Below, piece by piece: positions 51,901 through 64,000 of a stretch of DNA of 64,000 nucleotides. The number at the start of each line of letters is the position of its first letter. The first letter of the stretch is position 1. The notes beneath the pieces are model-generated. The model saw nothing but the letters and a program-made list of their open reading frames with translations. It was not told the DNA's origin and searched no databases. Origin of the DNA: Adineta vaga (lineage: Eukaryota; Animalia; Rotifera). The translations under genes and the position numbers were made by a program. Location: NCBI GenBank assembly GCA_021613535.1, contig CP075496.1:3720001-3784000 (forward strand), written 5' to 3'.

Positions 51901-54900
51901 CGAACAGAATCAGAACCGACTGCAACAATACAAACAACAGCAACAACAACAACAACCGATACAAAATTACATAATAATCCAGATTCACAATTCACTCGAT
52001 CATATGATTCAGGTATAGTAAAACTTTCACTACTTCCTTGTTACATTTCGTTCGATATTTTCATTATACAAACAATGAAAGAGTTGCAAATGGTTTTCCA
52101 AATAACTTTCATCCCATTAACTTTATTTTCTTTATCACCATACTAATTTTTCCAAATGCAATTCATGCTATCGTCAATCCATAGACGCCAAGACTATTGT
52201 TAATATGTTATTAAGAATATCAGTTACAGTTATGTACTAGTTTCTGAGAATAAATTGATGTCGAAAGCAGACTGATATCGATATCTATTTCATAGATCTT
52301 AAGAATATTTTCTTCTTCAACATTTCTGGAAGTAGAAATGAAGAGCAACGATTCGTAGTTATTAGGAATATATTCTAACTTCCTCCTTTGATACATACAT
52401 GGATCATCTAATAGTTTTCGATAGTTTACTTCTATGATTAGTGAGTCAAGTTCAATTTTAAGTACGATTAGTTTAGCTTAATGGTCAAATATAGAGAAGA
52501 ATATTCTTATTCATGAAAATACATACATAGTTACGATGAAGATAATTGATGAATATCATACATATAAACAAAAAAAACCAGAAGCCTTGACGATGAAAAA
52601 GCTATACTTTACATTTATCATTCTATCATTTCAATTAACATAAAGAGATTGAATCAAAGAGATATTTATATGATAATAATACTTATCCATTAATCATCGT
52701 CGCTATCTTTATTTCTTTCGAAATTTTGATCATTATCAGTGTCGGAAACTGTATCAAGTAGACTTAGTACACACGGTAATGAACTAACTGAGTGAAAGTC
52801 AAGAAATTCTTCTACAACAACAGTTGTCGTGGTCATTGTTTTTGTTGTTGATAATACAGAATCATTTTTTGGACGTTCAGAATCGAGTATATCAGTATCA
52901 TTGAATGAATTTTCATTTTTATTCGTTTTCAATGCTGCTAATGTTGTTGTTTCAATTGATTCTCTAGTTATAGTAATAACACTCGGTCGTCGTTGTTTCT
53001 CTTGTTCATTTACAATAAAAAATGAAGGTTGTAATGGTGTTTCAACAGGTGAAAGTACTGAGGTCATAGGAAATACATCAGTTAGATCATGACGTATAAC
53101 AAGATTGGCAAGAATACCCGGTGAGGATGACGATGCTTCACGTCGAGTTAAGATTGATTTGATAAATTTTGGTGCTTTACGTGGAGCATTATTGTTAGCA
53201 TATGGAACAGTTAAGAAATCTCGAGATTGTTGATTTTGATATTCACCAAGAATAATACGTTGTAATTCAGCATTCGATACTGGTGTATAGGAAAGAGCTA
53301 AACGACCACTTTGCGAACTAATTAATGATAGACGACGATCCACAGTTTTTTGTCGACGATGATATACAATCTCAAGTTGATATAATATTAATCGAGCAAT
53401 AGCAATAAGTACTAAACAGATAGCTACAGGTGCAACACCAATAATAACGGCAAAAACGGATCGACGAAGACATTGACGTGAACATGTCTGTTCCATAATA
53501 TTGCATAGAAATTCTAGTTACTTATACAGTTATTCTATCCATCAATCATCCGATAAAGTGATGAGAATGCCAAGCTTTTTTTTCTCTATTTTTTTCCTGA
53601 TAAAAGCATGTGTACGATGGACAATTCTTTGACTTAACTAACCAAACGATGATGTTAATGAAGTGTTGATAGGAAAAAAAAGAAACGAAACGAAACGATA
53701 TTAATAATAATAACAACAACAATAACGAGAAGCAAATACACGAGAAAAAGATATTCGACAGGACAGTAGTGTGTGTATTTGATTATTCCCATAAGAATAT
53801 AAATATCAAAACAAAGAACCATTGTATAGAATATTCTCATCTTTTCTTTCCTTCGCCTACCATAATATACAATGTAAAACGATATCTATTTGTTTGATTG
53901 ACTCATTTCTATGTTTTCAATAATACTTTCAACAGGAAAATTTTAAGAAAGTACTCACTATTTTTCGTAAATAACATAACAATCTGAAGCAAAACAAACA
54001 AACCAAGCAAATATGTCTCTTTATAATTGATAATAAAAAGAATTTCGACCATGAAATAATTCTCGTTACATTGCGAAGATTGACATCGAAAACATATTTA
54101 TCTATTAGAACTATTATCTTAGGAAATTATATCTAAAAATAAAAGAAAATTGAGAAGATTCATTGAAACTTAATCTATAATCAATAAATTAGTTAGATTT
54201 CATCTGTCTATTTAGCTATTCTTCGTTCAGTATCGAAAGATAATACGAATATTGATTCCGATGAAGCAAATGACACCATATCATGTATGATCGATAATAA
54301 TCAAATCAATATCGATGCGAAAACAATATCACCATTTAAATGTATCATTGGATCGGCTGGTCAATTACAAGAAGATAGGCAAACAGCTATTATTGCTATC
54401 TATGGTTGTTGGTTACCCGATCGTCGTTTAAGAGAATATCGATATATAATGGATCAATTATTTTAGTATGTTCCAGTTCTTATGATTCATCTTATATAAT
54501 TTTCTTTTTCTTTTGGTTAGTTATGTTTATCATCAACTGGATAAATTAGTTACGAATGATTATATTTTAATTTATTTCCATGGTGCGACGCCAAAACATC
54601 GAACACCGGATTTTAAAATTCTTCGAAAATATTATCAAATGTTAAATTTTAGGTAAATACTTTCTTGTTGAATCTTATCGATTTCGTTTTATTTCGTCCA
54701 TTTAATTCTAGATTACGAAAAAATCTTCGTGCAGTTTATGTTGTACATCCAACACGATGGTTACGTACTTTAATTGCATTTTCGCGTCCATTTTTCAGGT
54801 AGAACACAAGAATTGAAATCGATTGCTCTATATTATTGCTATTTTTCTAGTAACAAATTTTATCATAAAGTTAATTATCTTTTTACAATTGCGGAACTTG

Positions 54901-55621
54901 AACAACAATTTCCTCATAATCATATTGAACTTCCAGTTATCATTGAACAGTATGTATTGATTGAATATTATTGTTATTGAAAATAATCTCCTTCTGATAG
55001 TTATATTTATAAACGAAAATTTCTCTTTTGTCTAGACATGATCCGTCAGTAGCTTATACTGATTTTTTCTAAGGCAAAGGAAAAGGTAGACTATTGTCTG
55101 AGTTCAATGAATTTTCGATGTTGTTGTCTTCTATGTGCTTTATTTATGTCGGTGATCGTCTTCCTTCTATTCTCTTTTAGTTAAGAGAAAAACTATGACT
55201 TTATACAACATTCATTTGGATAGAGATTTCTTCCCTTGAAATAATTCTAATCTTTGCTTTTTCTTCGTATCTTTCTGATAGTTTTAACAACATAAAATTA
55301 TTCACCTATTCTTTAACATATTTATTCAGATCTACCATCTTTCCTCGAAAAATAACATTTTCTTGCTTTTCTTGTTCATATTAATATGTAAGTAAAGATT
55401 GAATATTTTGCAATGATAAAACTGCATGTTCGTTGTTCTCTTTCCCCTGGAAATTTGTTGTGATATTTATCATGTTTGTTGTGCTTCTATTTATTCTTCG
55501 TTTATTTTGTAGAACGGATTGGCTTTATTCTCAAAAATATGACCGTCAAAATGCCAGTATCAAACGTTCTATTGAACGATCACGTTCATCTAGTAGAATC
55601 GAAGACGAATCCGTTGCTTAA
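45933..55621 (+). CDS. PRUNE2/BMCC1-BNIP2-caytaxin-family protein: long acidic low-complexity region + C-terminal BCH (CRAL-TRIO_2) domain; multi-exon with probable alternative first and last exons
   Basis: Exons 54215-54948 give IDAKTISPFKCII...AIIAIYGCWLPD...YRYIMDQLF.YV..LDKLVTNDYILIYFHGATP...YQMLNFRLRKNLRAVYVVHPTRWLRTLIAFSRPFFSNKFYHKV, a BCH domain. Upstream acidic exons (45933-46290, 47461-49038, 49315-50630, 50819-52012) have compatible splice sites; joining them all into one gene is inferred. Confidence 0.78.
52690..53496 (-). CDS. Nested antisense single-exon gene, 268 aa, one N-terminal TM helix, unknown function
   Basis: Long ORF in very AT-rich DNA with hydrophobic VFAVIIGVAPVAICLVLIAIARLILY, lying within the ~2.2 kb intron (52013-54214) of the BCH gene. 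Confidence 0.7.
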   Translation of the reverse strand: MEQTCSRQCLRRSVFAVIIGVAPVAICLVLIAIARLILYQLEIVYHRRQKTVDRRLSLISSQSGRLALSYTPVSNAELQRIILGEYQNQQSRDFLTVPYANNNAPRKAPKFIKSILTRREASSSSPGILANLVIRHDLTDVFPMTSVLSPVETPLQPSFFIVNEQEKQRRPSVITITRESIETTTLAALKTNKNENSFNDTDILDSERPKNDSVLSTTKTMTTTTVVVEEFLDFHSVSSLPCVLSLLDTVSDTDNDQNFERNKDSDDD

Positions 55622-56580
55622 ATAAGAATATCTATACCCGGTCTTCTTCTTGAGAACTTTTCTTTTTTTATTGTGCAATAATGTGGTGCTTACTTTTTGT
55701 TTTTATTTCATTTCGTATCGTTTTTCAATGATTGTTGATATCTTTAGACGAGAACAGGATTTCTGGCAATCAAATTGTTTAATCAAAAAAAGAGAAAACT
55801 ATATACAAACAGTTAGAAATCTGACAATATATGAGACTCGTGTTTTTTTCTTCTTCTTCTTTGTTTTGTTTTCTATTGATATATACGTATTTACATATAA
55901 ATCAGCATTATCTGCACTGTTTTTTTTATCGATTGTTTAATATGAGAACTGATTTTGAAAGAGAATAGATGAATGAAAATCTCATTAAAACCGATTAAGT
56001 TAACGGTTGAGTTCATAACAGATGGTATGATTAACAATGTTGTTTTTTTTCGGAGACATTTTAATTATCAATTAATGGCAATTGATTCTCAGTCAATTGA
56101 ATAATATTCTATTTATGTAATATTATGTCGAAGGATTTCTTCATGAAAAAGATTCATTTGATAAACTCACGATCAAAAGATCATAAAGATATACTTGCAA
56201 CAAGTGTTTTATGATGATTTCACCATTTATCATTCAAAGAATGTCAGTGATAAAAACTATTTGACCTGTCAAAGCAATCATTCTCAATAATCTACAAAAA
56301 TAAAACACTTGAAAACGTATTCGTCACACATTTTTATCAACGTCAGTACACTAGACAAAGCTTTGTTAGTTTTCTTACTTCCGAATTTCTATTCCGTTTC
56401 TTTTATATTGCATAAAAAACATCCGTTAACCACCGTCTATTATTCTTCATTAGAAAATCATGTACTTTTGATTGTGGAAGAAAAAAGGATTAATTTATTA
56501 AATATATTAATAAAAAAATAGATGAATAAAAATCACTGTTATTTTGTTTATATACAAAAACGAAATTTCACATGGTTGTA

Positions 56581-59500
56581 TTATACACGTGAAAAAAATG
56601 AACGTTTTGTTTTCGATAGTTGATCTTTCACTTGTGAATATCGATGTGGACTTAATCGAAAATAAATAATTGTCGAAATGATAATAATAAGAATCAAAAC
56701 AATAGGTACGACTACACCAGCAATCCATACAGGCTAGAAGAATCAAAACAAATTGATCTTATTGAAGAAAATCTCGTTCACTTACACTTGATGGTTTTTC
56801 AACAAATACAAAAACACCTGCAGTATTCGATTGAAATTTAAGCATACGCGTTGTTTTATCAAGTGAACTTGATAGTTTTACATAAACGCCATTTCGAGGT
56901 TCAAATTGTAAAACATCAGCATTGTTTTCATCGCCATTAAATTCGTTAAATGGAACTTGAAATTGAATATTTGAAGTAAATTGAAGATCATAGGGTTCAA
57001 GAACATAAACACTATTAAAAAGTTTTTCTTTGTTCTAAAATAAAAATAAAATTACGTGTCAAAAAAAAGAGAAATATGAATGAACATACAACAATATTTT
57101 GACCATTTTCCGGTAAAATTTTTGATAATTGATCACGAGTAAATTTAGCAAATTTGATTGAAACGGGTGTTTGAACACTATCTTCAGGAAATGTAACAAG
57201 CGTATTTCTAAATAAAAACAATCAAACAAATAAATAAACGTTTTTCTTTATATAATTTACTCCAATTGTGCTGTGTAACTATTTTGTCCAATCATTTGAT
57301 ATTCGAATTGAAATGGTTGAACAATAATTCGACCTTTTTGATCACGATTTGAAAAGTCATTATTACGTGTAGAAACATAATGATAAATTCCAACAGATTC
57401 GTCCGATATTAATCGTGGTTCAAGATCAAAATATGCGGAACCATTAATTAATTGAGCATCAGTATCTAAATAAACCATTCTAGAATCATAGATTACACAT
57501 ATTTATTTGTTACATTTTCCAGAAGTAGCCAAACGTCGAAGATCACTAAGAGGTAGACTAAGTAAATTGCTTTGATTTAAATACTCTGGCATATTTGCAG
57601 CATATAAACCGGTTGCATTTAAATATCCGAATTGATTCCAATTAGAATTGATTGTCTGAAAGTAAATGAACATCGATAGAGTTCTTTAGAAATGAAAAAC
57701 AAACGTCTTACTCGATGTATTAATAGTAATAAATTATTTCGATCAACTTCTGCCTTACCTTGGCCAGCACCTGGTGGAGTTGTATTTGAACCGATCCATC
57801 TAAATTCCATATATTTTTATCGATACTATATAAAAATTAAAGAACTATATCTATATTTACTGAATATGAACATATGAATTTGGTGAAATTTCTAATCGAT
57901 TTGGAACGAAATCATATTCAAGTGCTGGAAATACTAAAATGAAAAGAACTTAAATGATAGATGATGATGATTTTTCTCTTCAATTTACCTTGAACAATAT
58001 TTCCACGTCTACCTCGTACATTTAAATTATAAATCGGTCGATCTTGATATTCTTTCGGACGTTGTCGAATTTCGAATGTAAATGATCTAAATATTTCCGA
58101 TAAATTTTCAAATTCGATGATAGAATTTATTTATAAACCTGTCTTGAAATACACGCCCATATTGCTGAGTATCAATAGCAAGTTTGAATGTTAAATTCAT
58201 ATTATTGAATAATTGAATTTCAGGATTTGATGTATAACGATAACCTCGTTTTTCAGCAATCGATTCATTTGAAAAGTATCTTCAAAAATAAAAACGATAT
58301 TATTTATTTCAATTAGTCTTCAATTTCCTATCATACTCTTTCATTATATAAATATTACTTGTCGCACTTGCATTCCATCCATTATAATCACCTGTAGATA
58401 TATTATATCTAAATAAGATTCAATGATGCAAAGAATTTTTGAGAAAAGTATCTACCGAATACGTAAAACACATTTCTTTGCACTTATATTTGGTAAAGTC
58501 CAATTGAATACTGGCATATCCGAACCGGACATATCCCCGAGATGATTTTCTCTCGTATATGGTGGTGTATAACATTCTGGCGCTGGTTGATTATGACTTG
58601 AATATTCAATCCAGCGTGGTTTTACACCATTTAAACGTGAATCATTGAATGTCTAGAAGAATACTTTGTAAATGGTATTACATTATTAAACAAAAGATCT
58701 ACTTGACATTGTTCTTTTGTAATTGGTATGACAATTTTTAGTTTATCGGCTTTGATTAAATCATCTTTGTTTTCAAATGTACATGCAAAACGTGACTGAA
58801 CATTTTGACTATTTTGACGATAATAAGAACAGAGATCTTGTCGATTGGTTAAAATTGCAATATCCTAGAAAAGGAAGATAATTCCCATATGTAAAAACGA
58901 TTTTTACATACAATCCAATTCGTTGGTTGCCAATATGGATAATAATCACGTTCTTCGGGACATTCATAACCATATTGTGTACCAGCAGGATTTTGTCTTG
59001 TATAGATCGATGCATCTTTAAGTCCCTAATTAATCGGGAAAAAAAAGAAGGAAATTAGTTTTACAAGAAAATCCTATCTATTCAATTACTTGTTCAGCAG
59101 TAAATAAATTCTTATTACGACTTCGTACACGACAATGTAAATAGGATGCTAAATTTTCTGTTAATCTATAAGTTGAATTTGCTTCACCTTCCACTGATAT
59201 TGGTATTCTCCTAATGAATTTCAATGAAAATTATTTTATACATCTGAATACAACAACATACACAGTAGATTTGCCATCTCGAAGTGTATCATCACATGTA
59301 TATTGTATTAGAAGTGTACAATCACTATTGACATCATTACACGAATGTTGATTAGTCCTAAATGAAGTATTTAAAATAAGAAAAAGAAATTCATTTTTTT
59401 CTAATACCATTGGATAGGTAATATAGAATTTGCATAATAATATATTGCTCCATCATCACCAACATTATAACCACCTCGTGCGTTATTTTGTGAATCGAAA

Positions 59501-59762
59501 TTTCTAAATATGAATTAGGTACGACCTTATGATGGAAGGAAACATTTTTTCGAAGTTTATTTACAATGTAGCAGTTCGACGTTCACGAGTGTTTTCATTA
59601 TGCCGATTATTAGTACCTCTGAAGAAAATTACATGAATATATCATATATATATATATATTCAATGAATTTTTCTACCTTGGATTATGCATATAGATATCT
59701 GTTGAAATCGAATTGATTATTATGAAGATGACACAACATATTAAAAATATACGGGAAGACAT
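56581..59762 (-). CDS. Protein DD3-3-like secreted/type I membrane protein, many exons
   Basis: Signal peptide, then [16 protein letters not shown]...[129 protein letters not shown]; C-terminal TM; TAA at 56581-56583. Confidence 0.85.
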
Positions 59763-61627
59763 CTTTGATCCTAACAACGAAAATAATGTACTTTATAATG
59801 TGCTTGTCATTTCACGTCTTCTTATATTATAATATAGGTACACGGCTGATTCATATACATGAGATGATGAGTAATACATACCAATGATTTTATTGGTGAG
59901 ACTTTTTTTAGCTTTTTTCTACTTAAATTGACATGAATGATCATCCTTCAAGAAAGTTTTTTTTAATGGTTTCAATTCATTTGCTTAGATTTTGAAAGTT
60001 CTCAGTATGATTATAGCAAACTAGATTGAAATAGTAATCGAGTGAAACTAGTGCCATCTATCTACATTGAATCTGCATTCCTTTCTTTCTTCTTATGTGA
60101 ATCAAGAGTCTTCATCTTCAATGATTCAATTCGGTTCGGTAGAATATCATTTACAAAAAAACATGTAATTTTTATATAAAAACTTACTAAAATATATTTA
60201 ATATCATATCAGGCCTGATTATCTTATCTATCAGTTTGAGTTATCTCAGTATCGTAGTGATTCACACAAAGTAAATAGCTTTTTTGAAAAAGTCCGAAAT
60301 CATGAAGACTCATTCTGCATATGTGAATACGTTGGCGGAGAAAAGTGGGAGATATAGTTTAGATATGATTCTTGCAATTACAATCATACGGAATTGAAGA
60401 AAAAAAGAGATATTTTCAATTGCTCTTTGAATGAATGCAAGATATGTACATTTGATATTCTTCACACTAACATAAACGGATTGATAGGATCAGAATCGAT
60501 AATGAAAATGTTTGTAATTCTTTATCATCGTATCATATTCAACAATAAAGTTATGGAATCGATAAATTCATTTCCCGAGAAAACTAACAATATATAATTA
60601 CATAGTAAAATTATAGTTATAACTCATTATCAAAAGATTTACGCAGCATTCAAATGAATAACATTTTCTTTTTGTTTTATGTTTCAAAAAGAATGTTCTT
60701 TTCGGTTAATGAACAATCATTATAAATTTAATTCTATTGCACAATTGAATTTTCTTCAGTAATAAAGCAAACTGTTGACCAATTAAATTGGAATTAACTA
60801 TCACATAACATTTACGTCACTAAGAAAAAAAAAGAAATCTATAATGAAGGTTAAATAAAATGAGTCGTGCGTCATCAATAGAATTTTCTATAGTTTCTCT
60901 TTTTTGTTAAGTTTTTCAAATGGCAAATATTTTCAAGTGAATGTTTATTGAAATAGGTTATTTCTATTGTTTTCTCATACTTTATATTCATAGATTTCTT
61001 TCTCCTGTTTTTCTTAAATTGAAAGATCGACGGACAATGATGACAAATTAATTATTGGTCGGAAAGGTTGAATAACAATAAGAAGGAACGATAACTTTTT
61101 TTCTTTCTCAATCTTTTCCGTTTCTGTTTTTTACTTCATTTTAACTTTCATTAATAATATAGAATTCTCTCCCTCCCTCTCTCTGTGTCTTTATTTTACT
61201 AAGAAAAAGAGAGATGTTCAATGCACGCGATGTCAGACGTTCTCGAGGTGGGTCGGTGCCTTACTGTTTTCTAGAAAAGAGAAAAAAGAATTAACTGAAA
61301 AAATAAGAATCATGATTTTTCCGACAATCGACGAATATCGAAACAGAGAGACAGAGAAAGAGGGAGAGAGAGAAAAAGAGAAACAATCACTTTGTATGAA
61401 TAAGAATTTCCGTTTCTTTTCTTCTAAAACTTGCTTTACAGCTAACAAACACGCTCACACATATACCTTGTCGAATTCAGCCGGCAACTACATTATCTCA
61501 CATATAAATTGTGTGTTACTTTTTATTCATACAATCAATTATATTTGCTTCAAGAAACCATTTCATTAAAACAAGTTTAAATCGAACTAAGTACGTATAA
61601 TACCTTTAGCATGAACGATTTTATTAC

Positions 61628-61651
61628 ATATATATATATATATATATATAT
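61628..61651. repeat. (AT)n microsatellite just upstream of the YbaY-like gene
   Basis: atatatatatatatatatatatat seen directly. Confidence 0.9.
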
Positions 61652-61691
61652 TTCCCAAATATTTCTGCTCATATAGTTTCTAACGATCAAA

Positions 61692-62115
61692 ATGGTGAGA
61701 CGTATCGAAGGTACGATTGATTATGAAAAACATAATGAGATTCTCAATGATAATCATAAAGTTCTAATCTATCTTGATGATATGACATTGACAGGTAAGA
61801 CGATCAGTTGTACTTTTCGTTTATTGATTAAATCTCTTGAATTGATTAGATATCGGTTCACAAGATGGTTCTTACGTTCGTAAATTTCATACAATTGCAA
61901 AATTAATTCTTGAAAATCAAGTTCTTACATTTCCGATCACTTTTAACCTTGAATATGATGAAAAAGATATTGAAAAAACATCGAATTATTCAATTCGTGT
62001 ACGAATTGTTGCTGATGGAAAAACTCGTTTTATTACAAGTTCAAATATTCCTGTATTAACAAAAGGTTATGGTGATATGGTTGATATTCGAGTAGAAAAA
62101 ATCGATTTAATGTGA
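61692..62115 (+). CDS. YbaY/YscW-family (bacterial lipoprotein/pilotin-like) domain protein, 2 exons; intron 61795-61849
   Basis: Spliced: MVRRIEGTIDYE...VLIYLDDMTLTD...FPITFNLEYDEKDIEKTSNYSIRVRIVADGKTRFITSSNIPVLTKGYGDMVDIRVEKI. This matches the YbaY pattern (GTV.Y; V.L.D.S.AD; P..F.L.YD...I; Y.+.ARI..DG.L.FI; PVLT.G). Confidence 0.8.
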
Positions 62116-63754
62116 TAAACGTCCTCACCCCAAACAAAAAACAAACCTATGACGAACGAACAAATTGTTCTTTCTCAGAAATGTTAAAGTTTTCTTTTCT
62201 GTGTGCTTGTATTGTGTAAAATAAAACATGAAAACAAAATTCGAACAACCTCTGTATAATCATGCAACAATAAACAATTGAAATCTTCTTTTGTATAAGA
62301 GATTTTTTCGAGTTGATCATTGTAGTTGACATATACTTTCAAAGAAAATTGTTTATGTGCTCATTTATGCACGAGATTTGATCAAATAATTCATTATTAG
62401 CAAGAAGGTCATGAGATAGTAATCAAATATCATGAAAACTAAATGAATAATCAAATTGAAAGGAAAGTTTTTTTTCCCCGTTATTCATAGGAATATAAAC
62501 ATAGTTAGATTTTGACAGATTCTTTTTATTGCTATATTAATATTCTCATTAAGAAAAAGAAAAGAGAAATCTGTTGTTTTTGATAAGTTGATTAAGTTCA
62601 TTTGCTATGAAGTGTGTTGCATATTTTCTTTGTTATTCAAGTACTTATTGATGTTATAGGAGAGAGAAAGAAACAGACAAAAGTCGATGATGTATTCTAT
62701 TTGGATTTGATCTTTTTTTCCTACGAACTATTCAATGACATTTCTTAACAATAAAAAAGACATAAACACTATGAACGATTCCTTGATATCTACAAATTGA
62801 AGTATCAGATCTGATATGACTAAAAAGAGAATCGTGTTATGTGCTCGAGGGAAATTCAGGTTAACTATCACGATGTTTACTTTACTGTTGAAATTGTTAT
62901 TGTTCTTCTGATAAAATAGTCTGTAAATCAATAAAATGCAAAAATTAACCGAAGAAAAGAGAGTTTTGAATTATTAATTCGTTATATTTATCTTTACTGG
63001 ATTTTTTCTTAGAACAAATAATGTGAAGGTACAGTTATACTCTTTTTATCTAATTATTAAATCAATGATCTATATAATAATAATAAATTTTATTAGACAA
63101 GACGAATATATTTAGTAAAGATATATATATATTTATGTCTTTCCATTGTCATTGATTTTTGTACTAGAATAAACTTTAAAAACATTTTTCAAGCTCATTA
63201 ATTTATTCTACTTGAAGAAAGAAATAATCTGATTAAACTATTCAACTTTTCCTACAGTTTTCATTACTTTAATTTCTCTTCGTAGAAAATTATCAATTTA
63301 AATGAGTTTATATACGAGTAGCATGTCAATTAATTCTAGATGTTCTTCGATAATAATAAATATCGAGAGAGATTTTTCTAAAGCTCACAAATATTTTAAT
63401 AGTACATCATGAGGTATATCCAGTTGATTTGAAACGAAAAGAAATAATAATTATTGTAGAATATAACGATGAAAAAAATTTCAATTGAATCACTCTAGTC
63501 ATGCGTTCCATTTATAAATGATGAAATAGAATGAAACAGTTTTTGACTTATGTCAACAAGATCGTTTTATTTATTGTTTTTTTTTATCAGAATTCAACAA
63601 AATTCATATACACATATCACATAAATAACAATGCAGACGTCAATAAAATTAAGAGTATAACAGAATAAGACGCAAAGCAAAAAATTGAAAGTTATTAGGA
63701 AAGAAAAGAAAAGAAAAGAAAGAAAGAAAGAATACTTTTTAAAAAATCTCTTGT

Positions 63755-63954
63755 TCAACTTTTCACACTTAAATCACGTATTAACGGTTCTTTGTCACTA
63801 GTAAATCCGTATCTTTTCTGTAGTGAAAGTGGTGGCTGTGGCGGTGGTGGTCGTGGTAATGCTAAAACGACTTTGACAGTATCATAAATAAACCATTGCA
63901 AAGCTGTTAACGTTCCAATCATGAAAATTCGTGGACCAAGACCTTTCCATAAAC
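63755..63954 (-). CDS. SLC25A3: Mitochondrial phosphate carrier, last exon (rest of the gene lies beyond the window end)
   Basis: [37 protein letters not shown], the PiC C-terminal signature, after a CTAG acceptor at 63955-63956. Confidence 0.93.
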
Positions 63955-64000
63955 CTAGCGAACAAATAAAAAGAAACATTTTCTATGTGCTTTCACAATC

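Noticed and set aside
33220-53092. Antisense or alternative-frame ORFs overlapping real genes (e.g. 33220+, 34426+, 40313-, 44375+, 48083-, 48153-, 52829+)
   Set aside because: Shadow ORFs produced by codon bias and low-complexity sequence of the true CDS.
1-64000. tRNA, rRNA, SL RNA genes or an intact transposase/reverse transcriptase
   Set aside because: None recognised by eye; tRNAscan-SE, Infernal and a TE library search would be needed to exclude them formally.

Overview
AT-rich, gene-dense eukaryotic genomic DNA with many short (~50-60 nt) GT-AG introns. Intron size, composition, gene content, a TGTGGG-type G-rich repeat and an intron-bearing bacterial-type gene together suggest a bdelloid rotifer (Adineta/Rotaria-like); this is inference, not a database result. 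Recognisable genes in order: MTSS1/MIM (partial, -), HADHB (+), POLR2F/RPB6 (+) only 75 bp upstream of CSE1L/exportin-2 (+), then a ~12 kb rearranged patch (12.4-24.8 kb). That patch holds pseudogene fragments, a 5'-truncated QNG1 queuosine-salvage copy, a claudin-like gene running into a G-rich repeat, a near-identical 1.5 kb duplication of an RGS-domain gene fragment and BED-finger/MITE-like debris. After it come teashirt (-), an RRM gene (-), SoxC (-), an intronless ZnF-UBP + degenerate HDAC gene (-), APLF (+), a 2-TM protein (+), ADRM1 (+), CPES-like (+), an LRR gene (-), a large PRUNE2/BNIP2-like BCH gene (+) with a nested antisense ORF, DD3-3-like (-), a YbaY-like bacterial-type gene (+) and the last exon of SLC25A3 (-). 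Best leads: (1) a ubiquitin-binding pseudo-deacetylase with domain order reversed relative to HDAC6; (2) an operon-like RPB6-CSE1L pair, plus splice acceptors directly before many start codons, consistent with SL trans-splicing; (3) an intron-containing YbaY-family HGT candidate. All protein identifications come from manual translation and recognition of motifs; no searches were run, and exon boundaries may be off by a few nt.
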